NCBI GenBank assembly: GCA_951406725.2
Contig: OX597822.1
Coordinates: 39,556,001-39,620,000, forward strand
DNA from: Octopus vulgaris
Taxonomy: Eukaryota
Reading direction: 5' to 3'
Length of the DNA stretch: 64,000 bases
Shown here: positions 39,202-53,271 of the stretch, piece after piece
Layout: each line of letters opens with the position of its first letter
Position numbering within the stretch: position 1 is the first letter of the stretch
Notes under the pieces: model-generated
Database searches by the model: none
What the model was told of the DNA's origin: nothing
The model's input: the letters and a program-made list of their open reading frames with translations, nothing else
Program-made: the position numbers and the translations under genes

Positions 39202-39907
39202 TGTGTGTGCACGCGCGTGCGTGTTTATGTCTACGTGCGCGCGCGCGCATGTGCGTGTGTATTTATTTTTCAGAAGACTACGTGATATGTTTATATATTT
39301 TTGTTTGTTTGTTGTTGGACAATTTATTAAATTACAGTAAAAGAACAGAAAGAATCGCAAACCACAAAGAACTGCACAAAAAAAAATAAAGAAAAATTCA
39401 GAAACAAACGAAAAGGAAAAAAAAAACACAAAACAAAAACACAAAAACACAAAAACAAAAAAACAAACAGAAGGGGGGGAAATCACAGAAAAAACAAAAA
39501 AAAAAAAACAGGAACAAAATAAAGAAAATAACAAGAAAAAACAGTACCAGTGTCGACGACAACTAAAAGGGAAGGAAAATAATGACCAGCTAATATCTTT
39601 TAGATGTTTGTTTAAACCTTAATCAAAGAGAGGCTACATGAATATATAGATATAGCAGATACAGAACCTACACCCATGTCCAGGAATAATAAAGAACAGT
39701 GTGAGTACGCGGTGTACAAGGCGTACGCGATAGTGCGTATGTATGTATGTATGTATGTATGTATGTATGTATGTATGTATGTATGTATGTATGTATGCAT
39801 GCATGTATGCATGTATGTATGTTTACACGTATATATGTATGCACATATATATTCATATATATATATGTATATGCGAATACTGTCGGTTATATATATATAT
39901 ATATGCA

Positions 39908-39970
<63 letters not shown>

Positions 39971-39976
39971 ATGTAG

Positions 39977-40026
<50 letters not shown>

Positions 40027-40202
40027 ATATATATATATATACATATATATGTATATATATATATAATTTAATATAAATTATATATATATAGTTGTATATA
40101 TAGTTGTATATTTAATATACATATATGTGTATATTGTATATATATATATATGTGTGCGTGTGTATGTGTAAATACATACATATATATATGCATATATATG
40201 TA

Positions 40203-40244
<42 letters not shown>

Positions 40245-40498
40245 TAGGTAAAATGACCCCCCCAAAGTGCAACACGCGCACACACATGCTGTCTTTTTGT
40301 TTCCCTTTTACTCTTTCACACACACAGACACACACACGCGCGCAGGCATACATATACACACACGCATATAGTACCAGAGTATGTTTATGTATGTGTGCAT
40401 ATATGTATGTAAATAGATGTATGTTTAAACTGTAATCAAAGAAATTATATAAACACATAGAGACAACAGACAAGCAGCCATATAAATAAATACACATA

Positions 40499-40560
<62 letters not shown>

Positions 40561-40580
40561 TATATGTGTAAGTAGGGTTG

Positions 40581-40662
<82 letters not shown>

Positions 40663-41386
40663 TGCGTATGTTTGTGTGTGTTTATGTATGTACTGAATGG
40701 ATTTATGAAACAATCAAACGCAAAGAATTATTTAAAAACATGGCAGAAAAAAGTAAACAAGAGAAAACAGTTGAAGACGACGATAGGAAGAGATGAAGGA
40801 AAAGAAGAAAGAAACGGGTGTCAGGTGGATGGAGGGGAGTCAAATGAAACGTAAAGTTAAGTAATTTGAATCGATATATTTGCCCATTTGATCATTGCTA
40901 GCATCAGTAAAGATAGATTTATATGTCGCCAAAAGAGCAAACGAAACACTTTTGAACTTAAGGCATCGTGTCAGACTGATAGTTATCATAAGTTTGCAGA
41001 GAAGGAGAGACAGTGGGAGGGAGAAAAAAAGATAGATTGATAGAGAGAGGGAGAGAGAGATGGAGAGATAGCGGGAGAGTGAGAGTTAGAGAGAGAGAGA
41101 GAGAGTAAAGATGCTAAATCACCGCAATAGACGGAAAGAATACCAAACAAAGTAAACCAACAAACTAAACAAAACAAGGGATCTACTAAGCAAACATACA
41201 TACATACATACATACATACATACATACATACATACATACATACATACATACATGCATATATATATATATATTTATATGTATAAAACGAAAGAAAAACCAA
41301 AAATACGAAGTCCGAGACAAATAACACAAACAGTAGCAACAACAGCTACAAACTATAAGGACAACAACAACAACGACAAACACATC

Positions 41387-41449
<63 letters not shown>

Positions 41450-41617
41450 TATAATACTAATGATTTTATTAGCCACAAGGACCCATGCGTACAACACTAA
41501 ATGTGCCTGACGAAAGGTCGCAAAACATCTGGCGAACTAACAGACACGCACACAAATATACATAATGCGTGTGTATATACATATATTATGACTGTCTCTC
41601 TCCGCTCTCTCTCTCTG

Positions 41618-41674
<57 letters not shown>

Positions 41675-41747
41675 CACACACACGCACACACACATATGAG
41701 TGTATATATGGAATTAAACAGAAAGAGGGAGATCGAAAAAGAGAGAC

Positions 41748-41810
<63 letters not shown>
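38100..41810. repeat. Extended low-complexity block of (TA)n, (CA)n, (TATG)n, (TAA)n, (GA)n and A-rich tracts
   Basis: Direct inspection; only short non-repetitive islands. Confidence 0.9.
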
Positions 41811-41813
<3 letters not shown>

Positions 41814-43426
41814 GTAGAGTGGGGAGAGAATCCGCAAAAGGCGGGAGCTGGGAAAGAAGCATAATATAAAATATAAATAAACGGGTTAAAAATTTATTAA
41901 GTTAAATAAGTGCATCTCCTCTCCTCACCTCCGACCCCAACATAGGGACCAATGAGTTCGATACTTTGCGATTCGATTACCTTCTACAAATTTGCTCCTC
42001 TGAAATTGCCCATGAGCATATTTGGCCTTAGTCGCGCCCTAATCTGACTTACATCATCGGTCCAGTGGTTCCTGAGCCATAAAGTGTTTTGGGGGTCACC
42101 TAGTATTCATACGTAGCATCAGCTGTAATAGTAATCTTGATCTCCGATTTAGGGCTCTGCCGTTGTTACCTTAGTTACTGATATCTGCCGTTGACTTTTA
42201 ACATTTATTTCTTTTTATATAGGGATCTCAAATGGCCCTTACAGTCGCGCATGTAACAACTAGACCTTCTACCCTGCGCCACGACTACTCTCACTGACCT
42301 TATCATCGCTCTTACAAAGGGGTAATTTTCTGGGGTGCCCTTGTTGTCTTCGAGGTCATCATGACCTTTCCGTACAGACTCTGCTTGACAACATATTTTT
42401 ATAGCTCGCTACCTGCCACTACTGCAACGATAAGCTAAAGGTCACCATCTCCAGCAATATTTTCTGTCATTCCTTCATCATCTTAATCCTGATGTACTGC
42501 GACGCCATCTATAGGCTGGCGTATACCGCACCAGCTTTGTCTCATTCTCGATCCTTAGGACCCGACATTTTTTTACATGCTCTGACTTTGTAAATGAAGC
42601 ATACATCTTTCCACACACACCAGACAAAGTTCCTTCCAACTACGCTTTCGAGGGCACATGGAAACTGTTAGCTGCTTTCTCCCTTGCTATTTCTTGGATA
42701 AATTCCAAGAAGGCACTGTCTCTCTCGACATGCCTATTCTAAATTCACTCCTTTCCCAAGAGCTAGACCATAGACCATAACAAGGAACACCCGATCACCT
42801 ACAGCTTTGGCAAGAGATCAGTTTTTGCTGTTGGTTCTGTCATTAATCTTTTTACAGTTTTTTTTTCTCGTTTAAATTAATATTTCCAGCATATATTCTT
42901 TTTTAGTTGTTAAAGTTGGATGTTAGTAAATAAAAAAAAAAAATCTGTTTGGTTAATTAGCGCATGTTGTCACTTTTTTCCAATATGCGTTTGTGTTCGA
43001 AAAATATTGGGAATGGTAACTTATATTTTTACCGTTGCAATCCCCGTTGGTACGAATACCTGCTAATTTACCGTCAAGGTTACAGTTATACGTCTGGTAG
43101 AAATTAAAGACAACTATGAAGACAAACATTTTCAACCGCATAGAGTGAAAAAAAAAACAACAAAAAAAAAACGGAGTGTTTTTTGTTTTTGTTTTCGTTT
43201 TTCACTAAATAAAGTGTGAAATATAACAATCTAAGCAACACCTTTGAAGCTAAACGTGTATACACGCCAGACACGAAAACAATAACAACAGGAACAGCAC
43301 AAACAATGGCTTTGAACTTTGGCACAAGGCCTGTAAATTACATACTCACACACAGAGTAATATGCTTACATGTGTGTAAAGCTATATGTATGTATGCGTG
43401 AGTCACACACACACACACATATATGT

Positions 43427-43732
43427 GGAGGCGCAATGGCCCAGTGGTTAGGGCAGCGGAATCGCGGTCGGGGGTTCGCGATTTCGATTCCCAGACCAGA
43501 CGTTGTGTGTGTTTATTGAGCGAAAACAACTAAAGCCTCACGGGACTCCGGCAGGGGTTTGCGGCGACCCTTGTACTCTTTCGCCCCAACTTTTTCTCAC
43601 TCTTTCTTCCTTTTTCTTGAGTAACGCTGCCATGGACTGGCGTCCCGTCCAGCTAGGGGGAGTGGGGGAACATATACGCCATAGAAACCGGCCCATGACC
43701 CTGGCTAGGCTTCAAAAGGGCGCATAAATAAA
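43427..43732 (+). mobile_element. tRNA-derived SINE family 3, full-length
   Basis: A box tggcccagtggttag, B-box-like atttcgattccc, tail gggcgcataaataaat. Confidence 0.8.
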
Positions 43733-44040
43733 TGACTATATATATATATATACGTATGTATCTATGTATGTATGTATACAGGGTGGGCCAAAAGGCATGT
43801 ATCAAAACATACACACAACCTAACACACGCGCACACATACAGACCAATTGTGCACTCTTCTACCTACGAAAACTCCATTTTTTTCTCTCCGACTTCTGTC
43901 CAGTTATTTATCGATCATGTAAGCAACCCACATGCATTTCTCATATCTTTACTCTCTGATCTTATCTCCTATTCTTTCTTCTTTTTCTTCTTCTCGGTAT
44001 TTTCTTCTACTATCTGACGAAAAACTATTCTCGAAACGTT

Positions 44041-44903
44041 ATATGTGATCTGATCAATAAATATTCGGACTGTTGCCATAATAACGAAGCTAGAGCGCGT
44101 AGAATATAGCCGCTCGGCACAGATTCACCTTGAACTTTGCTATGCATGCGCACCAAGTTTTAACGTTCTAGCTCACTTCTGCTGTTTACAGCAGTGCTTG
44201 GAAAGAAGGTGTGTAGCGTGTGATTGTCGCATTGACCATGACAGAAAAATGAGCAGAGAATCTACATCAAATTTTGCCAAAAGATTGGCGATACCTGCTC
44301 ACAGGCCTACGCAGAGTTTTCAAAAAGTTTTCATCGTTCTCGACACAATCAAGGAGATCTTGTGCAACTGAAACTCGAGTGTCCTTTTGGTCAGCTGAAA
44401 GCAGTTTTGGCACAAACTTAGCAGACACGCGTCTCATACCCAAATCTTCAGTGATAATAGACTGAACTGAACCGAAACTAATCTGCACATCCTCTGATAA
44501 CTCATGGATGATGATTCGACGATTTCCCCTCACAGCTCCACGCACATCTGCAATGTTTTTCTAAGTTCTACTGATTGCCGGTCCCCCAGAACGTTCGTCA
44601 ATATCAGCATATTTACGGCCATATTGGAAACGTCTGAACCACTCCTACACTAGTGTGCGGCTCATACACTCCTCTCCATACACTTTCTGCAACTTTACGT
44701 AGGCCTCTGAGCAGGTATCACCATGACAACTTTGTCATGTTCAATGCGACGACCACGTTACTTCAAAGCACTGCTGTAAACAACGGAAGTGAGCTACAAC
44801 AGAACTTAGTGCTGATGCACAGCAGAGTCCAAGGTAAGTCTTTGCCGAGCGGTTTCGCTCTGCGTGCTTTAGCGTCGCTACTATGACAACAATCCGCATA
44901 CTT
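44041..44903 (-). mobile_element. Mariner-derived fold-back element with two inverted 5' ends
   Basis: 44055-44318 is an imperfect inverted copy of 44690-44903; interior encodes mariner HTH/linker NRRIIIHELSEDVQISFGSVQSIITEDLGMRRVSAKFVPKLL. Confidence 0.8.
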
Positions 44904-45110
44904 ACTCTTTTACTCTTTTACTTGTGTCAGTCATTTGACTGCGGCCATGCTGGAGCACCGCCTTTAGTCGAGCAAATCGAACTCAGGACTTATTCCTTGG
45001 AAGCCTTGTACTTATTCTATCGGTTTCTTTTGCCGAACCGCTAAGTTATGGGAACGTAAACACGCCAGCATCGGTTGTCAAGTAATGTTGGGGAGACAAA
45101 CAGACACACA
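44902..45110 (-). mobile_element. SINE family 1, 3' half
   Basis: cagtcatttgactgcggccatgctggagcaccgcctttagtcgagc. Confidence 0.85.
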
Positions 45111-45364
45111 AACATTATATATTTATTCATATGGTTGCAATAAAATCACCATAAAATGTAATAAAGAAATGGGGAAAATAAAACAAAAAACAAATACGCT
45201 TCTCTGGACACTAGAAAACTATAAAATACAAGCAGAAGCAGACGACATTGAAACAATAAATTTGTATAGCAACAAAACAGATATAATTAAAAAAAAAACA
45301 AAAAAAACTTGAAAGCAAAATTATGTGTGCATGAGTGTACCCCACTCCGTTTGACAAACCGGTT

Positions 45365-45646
45365 TTGGTGTACTTTATTTACATTATTTACATTCGATGG
45401 ATGTTTGTCCTCATCTTGTTTGTTGTTAACACAACGTTTCGGCTGATATACCCTCCAGCCTTCTTCATGTGTCTTGGGGAAATTTCTAACCTGGGTTCTC
45501 ATTCCCAAGGTATTTTTCAATGTTGTTATTATTATTATTATTATTATTGTTGTTGTTGTTGTTGTTGTTCAGGTCAGTACTTGGAATCGAACTCGGAATC
45601 TTGGGGCTAGTAGCTCGCGCTCTTAAACACTACACCATATGCCCGT
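45365..45646 (-). mobile_element. tRNA-headed repeat containing a hammerhead motif (same family as 13490-13712)
   Basis: Minus: A box tggtgtagtgtt, B box gagttcgattcc, (AAC/AAT)n, hammerhead at 45428-45473 (C3-to-A in this copy), tail tgtaaataatgtaaataa. Confidence 0.72.
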
Positions 45647-46180
45647 GGGCAATTATGGAGTGAATTATGGAGTCAAATGTAAATAATGTAAATAATGTAC
45701 ATAATTCCTCATCTCTTAAAAAAAGACCGGTTTTGGTGTGTTTACGTCCCCGTAACTTAACGGGTTGGCAATGAACGTCGGTTGAATGAGTATTAGGTTT
45801 TTAAAAAGTGTACTAGGATGGGAGCGAGGTCAGTCAGTTCGAGTAAAAATTCTTCAAAGTAGTGCTGTAGCATGGCCGCAGTCTAATGGTTGAAACAAGC
45901 AATTGATAAAAGGTAGCAAGAGATACGTAAGACCACAGATAGCTGCTCGTCTTCTCAACGTAGGTTAGTACAAAAGGATAATAATACAGAGGCGGGGTTA
46001 TCTCGCGAGAAAGGTATAATGAACGAGATGGGGAAAAGAAATGAATTTGAGCGTTTCATAATCTGTTGCAAGATCGTGTCATTCCGGAATTTAAATGTAT
46101 CGATGCTGCACACAAATATACCCAGGCACAACTTTTCACGAAGAATGAACAGCTAACAAAAAATATTCAAAAGTAATATA

Positions 46181-46259
<79 letters not shown>

Positions 46260-46411
46260 CCATTGAAATAATATCAAACCACAAAGAAATAGAGAACATT
46301 GGTTGAAGAAATCTGAAATCGAGGCTGTAAAGAGTGAAAGCTAAGAATTTATCTAATGCTGTAAATAATGGTTGTCATAATAACAACAACAACGACAATA
46401 ATAATAATAAT

Positions 46412-46880
46412 TTATTCCTTTATTGGCCACAAGGGCTCACATACAAAACAGTGAAAGACATGCAACAACATAAAAGACAAAAACAGGACGATACAATGGG
46501 TTTTCGCGTGTATACAATGTAATAACAAAAAAGTGGAATCAATTAAACTCCCAATGGGGGAGGCGCTTTAAGGTCCTCGTGGAAAAAACCCACAAAAACC
46601 ATGGGTATCTGAACGACAGGGCAAGAGCCCTTCTCTTCTTTTCTTTTTTTACAGGTGCACACTCAGAATTGGTCCTTTCCCACTGGCCATTCTTCCAACA
46701 TTCACCCACCTTTCAACAAACTTGCTACAAGCCAACACTTCCCTCTTCACCCTCAACTTCCTTTTCGGGTGAAACTTGAAAAAGTTGATGAGGGCTTACC
46801 AAAGAGGAAAGTGTCTGTCTTTAGCCCTTTCAAACGGGGTCCACCATACTACATCTTTCGCTACAGCCACCAGACAAATA
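46412..46880 (-). mobile_element. Degenerate 3' end of a second Tx1-like LINE
   Basis: 46700-46870 aligns by eye with 19440-19610; 3' end gtggccaataaagga next to (ATT)n. Confidence 0.7.
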
Positions 46881-47312
46881 AATGGAGATTCAGCAGACAC
46901 AGAAAGTGACAAGGCTGGCCCTTTGAGTTATAAGTGCAATTCTTTTTTGCCAGCTGAGTAGAACAATGAGAAATAAAGTGCCTTGCTCAAGGACACAATA
47001 TGTTTTTGGGAATTGAACTCACGACCTTACGATGGTGAACCGAATACCCTAAACACTAAGCTACGCGCCTTCACTGGGGCTACATACACTGAAATGATAA
47101 AAAGAAATTGAAAGTATACACAGAATACAATAAAACAAAGGAGAGACGTATACACAGCAAAAACAAAAATGCTTTCTTTTATTTGGCAAAGCGTCATAAA
47201 TAAGGGGACATCACATCGGACAGCCTACAATTTGTGTGGGTGTTTACATAAAAGATGAAGTGGTGGGCAGTGAAAAGAAGGGCGGAAAAGATATAAAAGT
47301 ACATATAGTATA

Positions 47313-47730
47313 GACGTGGGAGTGGCTGTGTGGTAAGTAGCTTGCTTACCAACCACATGGCTCCGGGTTCAGTCCTACTGCGTGGCACCTTGGGCAAGTG
47401 TCTTCTGCTATAGCCTCAGGCCGACCAAAGCCATGTGAGTGGATTTAGTAGACGGAAACTGAAAGAAGCCCGGCGTATATGTGTGTATATATATATATAT
47501 ATATGTATCTGTGTGTGTGTATATGTTTGTGTCTGAGATTGTCACCCCAACATCGCTTGACAACCTATGCTGGTGTGTTTACGTCCACGTAACTTAGCGG
47601 TTCGGCAAAAGAGACCGATAGAATAAGTACCAGGCTTGAAAAGAATAAGTCCCGGGGTCGATTAGCTCGACTAAAGGCGGTGCTCCAGCATGGCCACAGT
47701 CAAATGACTGAAACAAGTAAAAGAGTAAAA
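47313..47730 (+). mobile_element. SINE family 1, full-length
   Basis: Head, core, internal (TA)/(TG), tail ggcggtgctccagcatggccacagtcaaatgactgaaacaagtaaaagag. Confidence 0.9.
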
Positions 47731-47887
47731 GCGTATACAAAATATGTGGCCACATGAATGAAAGAGTCCTTCTGATACACAAGAACTTCCAACTAGGGCC
47801 AGTCAAGAAACCCCACAAATCTAGGATTACCCTGACAACGAGCTCTCATTCAGCTGTTGTTCACCAAGTTTTTAGATGTATAGACAA

Positions 47888-47929
<42 letters not shown>

Positions 47930-47933
<4 letters not shown>

Positions 47934-49137
47934 TGCGGACGGTATTTGAGGACAGATTTATGGTTTAAAAAACGCTTATATAATAAAAGAAAAAAACTGC
48001 ATTTTTATAAAAATGACATAAACATATTATCAATTTAATAATTTCATTCAATAAAACCACTATGAGCGTCAATAACTGTCACTATGCAGGGTCGAAATCG
48101 TGTACAAGCTCGGATTAAGTGGTCCTTGTTTATATCAGACAATGGCGGCTTTCAAAGAATCTTTGATGTTTTGGTGGGTGTTCATTTACATTTTCCCCAA
48201 CGATGCTCCAGACATATTAGTCCGGTGGATTGAGATCTGGAAAATTAAGAGGCTAACTGTTGCGGGTGATGTGATCATGCGAGTTGTCGGCCATCCATCC
48301 TTGTGTCATTTGAGGCTTGTGTGATATTGCAGAATCTTGTTGAAAGACATGACTTCCCATTGCATACACTGTTGATCCAAGGCCTTACAACTTTATCCAG
48401 AACCTCAATATACGCAGCAGCATTCACCCTAAGGCCTTGCGGGAAAAAGTGAGGTGGCATCACATGTCCTTCATTGCTAACAGCACCCAAAACCATGACA
48501 CTTGCAGGAAATTTTGTGTGCATTACACTTGGAATCTCAGAAAGTTCTGCACTTAGCCATCTGTCATTTCTTCTGTTAGTCTTCTGGTCCTGGTCAGAGT
48601 TTTTCTCATCTGAGAAAAGTCAAATCATATCATCTTCGATGGATTTTAAAGTTTGTTCGAAAGTCTTTTGGATCTGATTAAACGGTTTTCTTTTGTTTTT
48701 CCTGACATGAATTGACCTCTCCTCCCCTCGTGAGATTTGTATCTGATGTCTTCATGCCACAACATTTCTGATACACGAAATTTTTTGCAATTGACTCCAT
48801 TGATTTTCATGAATTGTCTTCAGTGTTTTGCTTAACTTCCTGAATAAATTCAGGTGACCCGATAGAATCAGAGCGTTTGTAATGTTTTTTACGTTTTGAT
48901 ACAGGTAATACGCTTCTATCTTCTTTCTCTAACTCACACTGAATCTTGTGGACAAAAGATCTTACAACTTTCAGAAAATGAGGTATTTCTAAATCACCAG
49001 ACTTAGCCTTCAAAGCCACAATCACAGCATACCTTTTCATTTCATTAGTAACCATATGTCCTGTCATTGTTATTCAATAAAAACTAGTCAAATAAAATAA
49101 CGACCAAAAATGCATATTCTCAAATACTGTCTGCACC

Positions 49138-49140
<3 letters not shown>
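47930..49140 (-). mobile_element. Full-span but degenerate Tc1/mariner element, most like the maT/DD37D group
   Basis: TIRs gtgcggacggtatttgag / gtgcagacagtatttgag flanked by (TA)n; fragments FSDEK, NRRNDRWL, TKFPASVMVLGAVSNEG, FQQDSA, PDLNPPD. Confidence 0.82.
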
Positions 49141-49173
<33 letters not shown>

Positions 49174-49257
49174 AATCCAAACGGGAAACAAAAAAACAAC
49201 AACAAGGGAACAATTACAGTATTATTATTAATAGGCGCTCAGGAAATGGAAGCAGGG

Positions 49258-49296
49258 AGGTATGACGTTTCGAGCGGAGCTCTTCGTCGGAAACAT
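49258..49296 (-). ncRNA. Minimal hammerhead-like motif (U4-to-C variant)
   Basis: Minus: CCGACGA A GAGC ucc GCUC GAAAC GUC; stem I weak; degenerate relative at 44011-44043 (+). Confidence 0.5.
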
Positions 49297-50039
49297 AAAG
49301 AAGGAAGAGAGAGGAAAGAAAGATCCCGGAGCGGGCAACAGAGATAGAGAAAAAAACGGCTGGTGTTAGCAGTGGCACATGGTGAAAGGCGGATGTTTAC
49401 GATAACAAGAGCAAAGTGGGTTTTTAAAGGCAAAAGAGTGGAGACAAGGTTAGTAACGCAACAGATGTGTGTGTATGTGTGAGTGTGTGCGTGTGCGTGT
49501 GTGTATGTGTGTGTGTGAGGCGAGGTAAAAAAACAAAAAATATATGTATGTGTTAGTGTGTGCGTCTGTGTGTAGGCGTGTGAGGTAGGGCGAGACGGTG
49601 GTCAGCATAGCAGCAGCATAGCAGACAAAGGTCAGTAGTGAGAAAAGGGAGGAAGGAGGAAGGGAGGGAGGGGAAGGGGTGGGGGCGTATGTAGCGTGCC
49701 AGCGTGTGTTGAGTAGTAGTGTGTGTGTGTGTCCAGTGTCGTGGTAGTATTAGTGGCGAGTAGATTGAATGTGTGTAAGAGTGATGTATATGTTTAAGCA
49801 ATGTGTGTATATGTGTGCGCGTGTGTGTAACGAAAAAAAGGGGGGGGGGGGGGTTAGGAAAAGGACTACAGCGGAGGGGAAGATGGAAGAGAGGTCCCGC
49901 GGAGACGGGCGTGGGAAAACCCAACGACAAGCGACATCCCAGGAACGGGCGGGAGGTCTCGTCGGGTCCAAGGGCGAGGTGCATGCGGGCGCATGCGTGC
50001 GCGAACCGGCGCAAACGCGTGTGTGCGCGAGCCTGCGAG

Positions 50040-51065
50040 TGTGCGCGTACGTATGTGTGCGTGTGGATGTGTGAGTGTGTCTGTGTGTATGTCTGGGTGG
50101 CAGTGTGTCCGATGAATGTATGTGAGTATGTGTGTATATATGTGTGTGCATAGATGTATGTCCGTGTGTGTGTGTGTGTGTGTATGTGTGTATGAGTGTG
50201 TATGTATGTACGTGTGGGTGTGGGGAAGTGTGTGTATGTGCATGTGTGTGCGCGAACATACAGGTGTGTGAGTGAGTGTGTGTGTGTATGTATGTGTGAG
50301 TGTGTATGTATGTGTGTGTAGGATGCATGTATGTGTATGGGTGTATGTATGCGTGTGTGTATGTATGTATGTGTACGTGCGTGTGTGTGTGTGTATGCGT
50401 GTAGGTGTGCGCGTGTGCATGCGTGCATGTATGTGCGTATGTGTGTGTGTGTGCATGTGTGTGGGTATATATGTGTGTGCGTATATGTGTGTGTATGTGC
50501 GTACATGTGTGTGTGTGTGCATGTGTGTGTGTAGGTGTGTAGGCGTGTGTGTATAGGTGTATGTATGTAAGTATGTATGGGTGTGTCCGTGTATGTGTGT
50601 GTATGTATGTGTGTGTATGTAGCTGTGTGGGCGTGTGTATATGTGTGTGTATGTTGGTGTGTAGGCGTGTGTATATAGGTGTATGTATGTATGTCTGGGT
50701 GTGTCCGTGCATGTTTGTGTGTGTGTGTGTGTGCATGTGTATGTGTGTGTGTGTGTATGTGTGTGTGTATGCGTGTGTATGCGTGCGTGTGTGTATGTAG
50801 GTGCGTGTGTATGTGTGTGGGAGTGTAGGTGTGTGTGTGCGTGTGCGTGTTTATGTTGGTGTGTGCGTATGTGAGTGTGAGTGTATGAGTGTTTGTCATG
50901 CATGTGTGTGCGCGTGCAGGTGAGTGTGTGTGTAAGTATGTGTGTGTGTATGTTTGTGTGAGTGTGTATGTGTGTATGTCTGTGTGTATGTATGTGCGTA
51001 TAGGAGTATGTAGGTATGTGTGTGTATATGTATATGGGTGTATGTATGTGTGTATATATATATAT
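50040..51065. repeat. Degenerate (GT)/(GTAT) low-complexity tract
   Basis: About 1 kb of interrupted GT repeats. Confidence 0.9.
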
Positions 51066-51470
51066 ATAATAATAATATTAGGGAATAAATCCAAACTTAC
51101 AGGGAAAAATGAGATTTAGGATTAAATCCAATTTTATAGTATAAATATATTATATTATATTAAATTAGAGATAAAACCACTATTAGGCAAATCAAACAGT
51201 GAAAAACATAAGCCAATACATAAAATTAATTTGAAATATAAAAGTTAAAAATAAAAAATTATTTAAATAATTTAAACTTATAAATTTTATATATATAAAC
51301 AAATATATATATATATGTATGTATGTATATTTTTATATTTATATATTATTTTATTAATTAATTAATTAATTAATTAATTAATTTATTTATTTATATTTAT
51401 TTTTATTTTATTTTTTTTATATATCAAAAGTATTAAAAGTTTAATAAAAGATAAAGAGTGTTATATATAT

Positions 51471-51595
51471 ATCAGATGGCGTTTGCTAAAAAGCATCCGT
51501 GAGGTAAAATCGTGTAGCAAACCAAATGGCGGTGCCCCAGCATGGCCACAGCTCATTAGCTGAAACTGGAAAAATCAAAATCAAAATCAAAAATC
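51471..51595 (+). mobile_element. 3' terminal 125 bp of CR1-group LINE family B
   Basis: Matches about 57351-57474 with one visible mismatch, including the (AAAATC)n tail; flanked by (TA)n. Confidence 0.9.
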
Positions 51596-52279
<684 letters not shown>

Positions 52280-52280
<1 letters not shown>

Positions 52281-52918
52281 GCTACCACCGCTGAATATAT
52301 AATCCACACGTGGCACTTGATATATATATATATATATCAGTTTAGTTTTATACACCATGTATATATGTTGATATATATACCTGTATATGGTGATATATAT
52401 ATATGCAGTTTGGGATATATGTATATATATATATTTATATATGATTGCATTGAGACGATTTTCGTATATATATATTGTGTGGTGATATCCAAGCGGCTGA
52501 GGACAAATGTATATATATTCGGAGAATCATCCAGCTATATATCATATATATATGCATCATTGCTCATGTGCCATATGATTTTGATATATATGTATCAGTC
52601 TTCATATATATAGCCAGGGCCTGGAACTTACCTATAACTATATGTATATTTTCAGCTCATGTTGCAGATGCGCATATTTTCAGGGTTCTAGTGAACCTTT
52701 GTGTCATCTGCATAGCTAGCAGGGTGGTCATCGAGCAACTGAAGGATTGGGACACCTTGTTATTTGCGTTTCCTGAGTGCTCCATTGCTACAACTGCTGT
52801 TTTCTGTCTTTTAGAGTTGCAGCACTTCAAGTTTCCCGCCATGCCGAGACCACCAGTTTGTGACAGATCATATGGTCGACTTTATCAAAGGCTTTGCAAA
52901 GTCGTATATTTCATCAAG

Positions 52919-52920
<2 letters not shown>
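52280..52920 (-). other. Eroded inverted copy of the CR1 RT/3' region (54955-56165) interspersed with TA
   Basis: Colinear reverse-complement islands, e.g. gactttgcaaagcctttgataaagtcgaccat, gctagctatgcagatgacacaaag, acatttgtcctcagccgcttgga, atcaagtgccacgt. Confidence 0.8.
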
Positions 52921-52980
<60 letters not shown>

Positions 52981-53012
52981 ATATATATGTATATATATTA
53001 TATATATGTATA

Positions 53013-53062
<50 letters not shown>

Positions 53063-53075
53063 TTATATATATATG

Positions 53076-53108
<33 letters not shown>

Positions 53109-53109
53109 G

Positions 53110-53244
<135 letters not shown>

Positions 53245-53271
53245 GTATATATATATATATATGTATATATA

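Noticed and set aside
41900-42830. Possible ancient LINE remnant on minus strand
   Set aside because: Only vague motif echoes (KGTPENY); not supportable without a translated search
42953-43141. 62-aa minus ORF with hydrophobic start and cysteines, possible host exon
   Set aside because: No recognisable domain, no convincing splice pair, and length expected by chance
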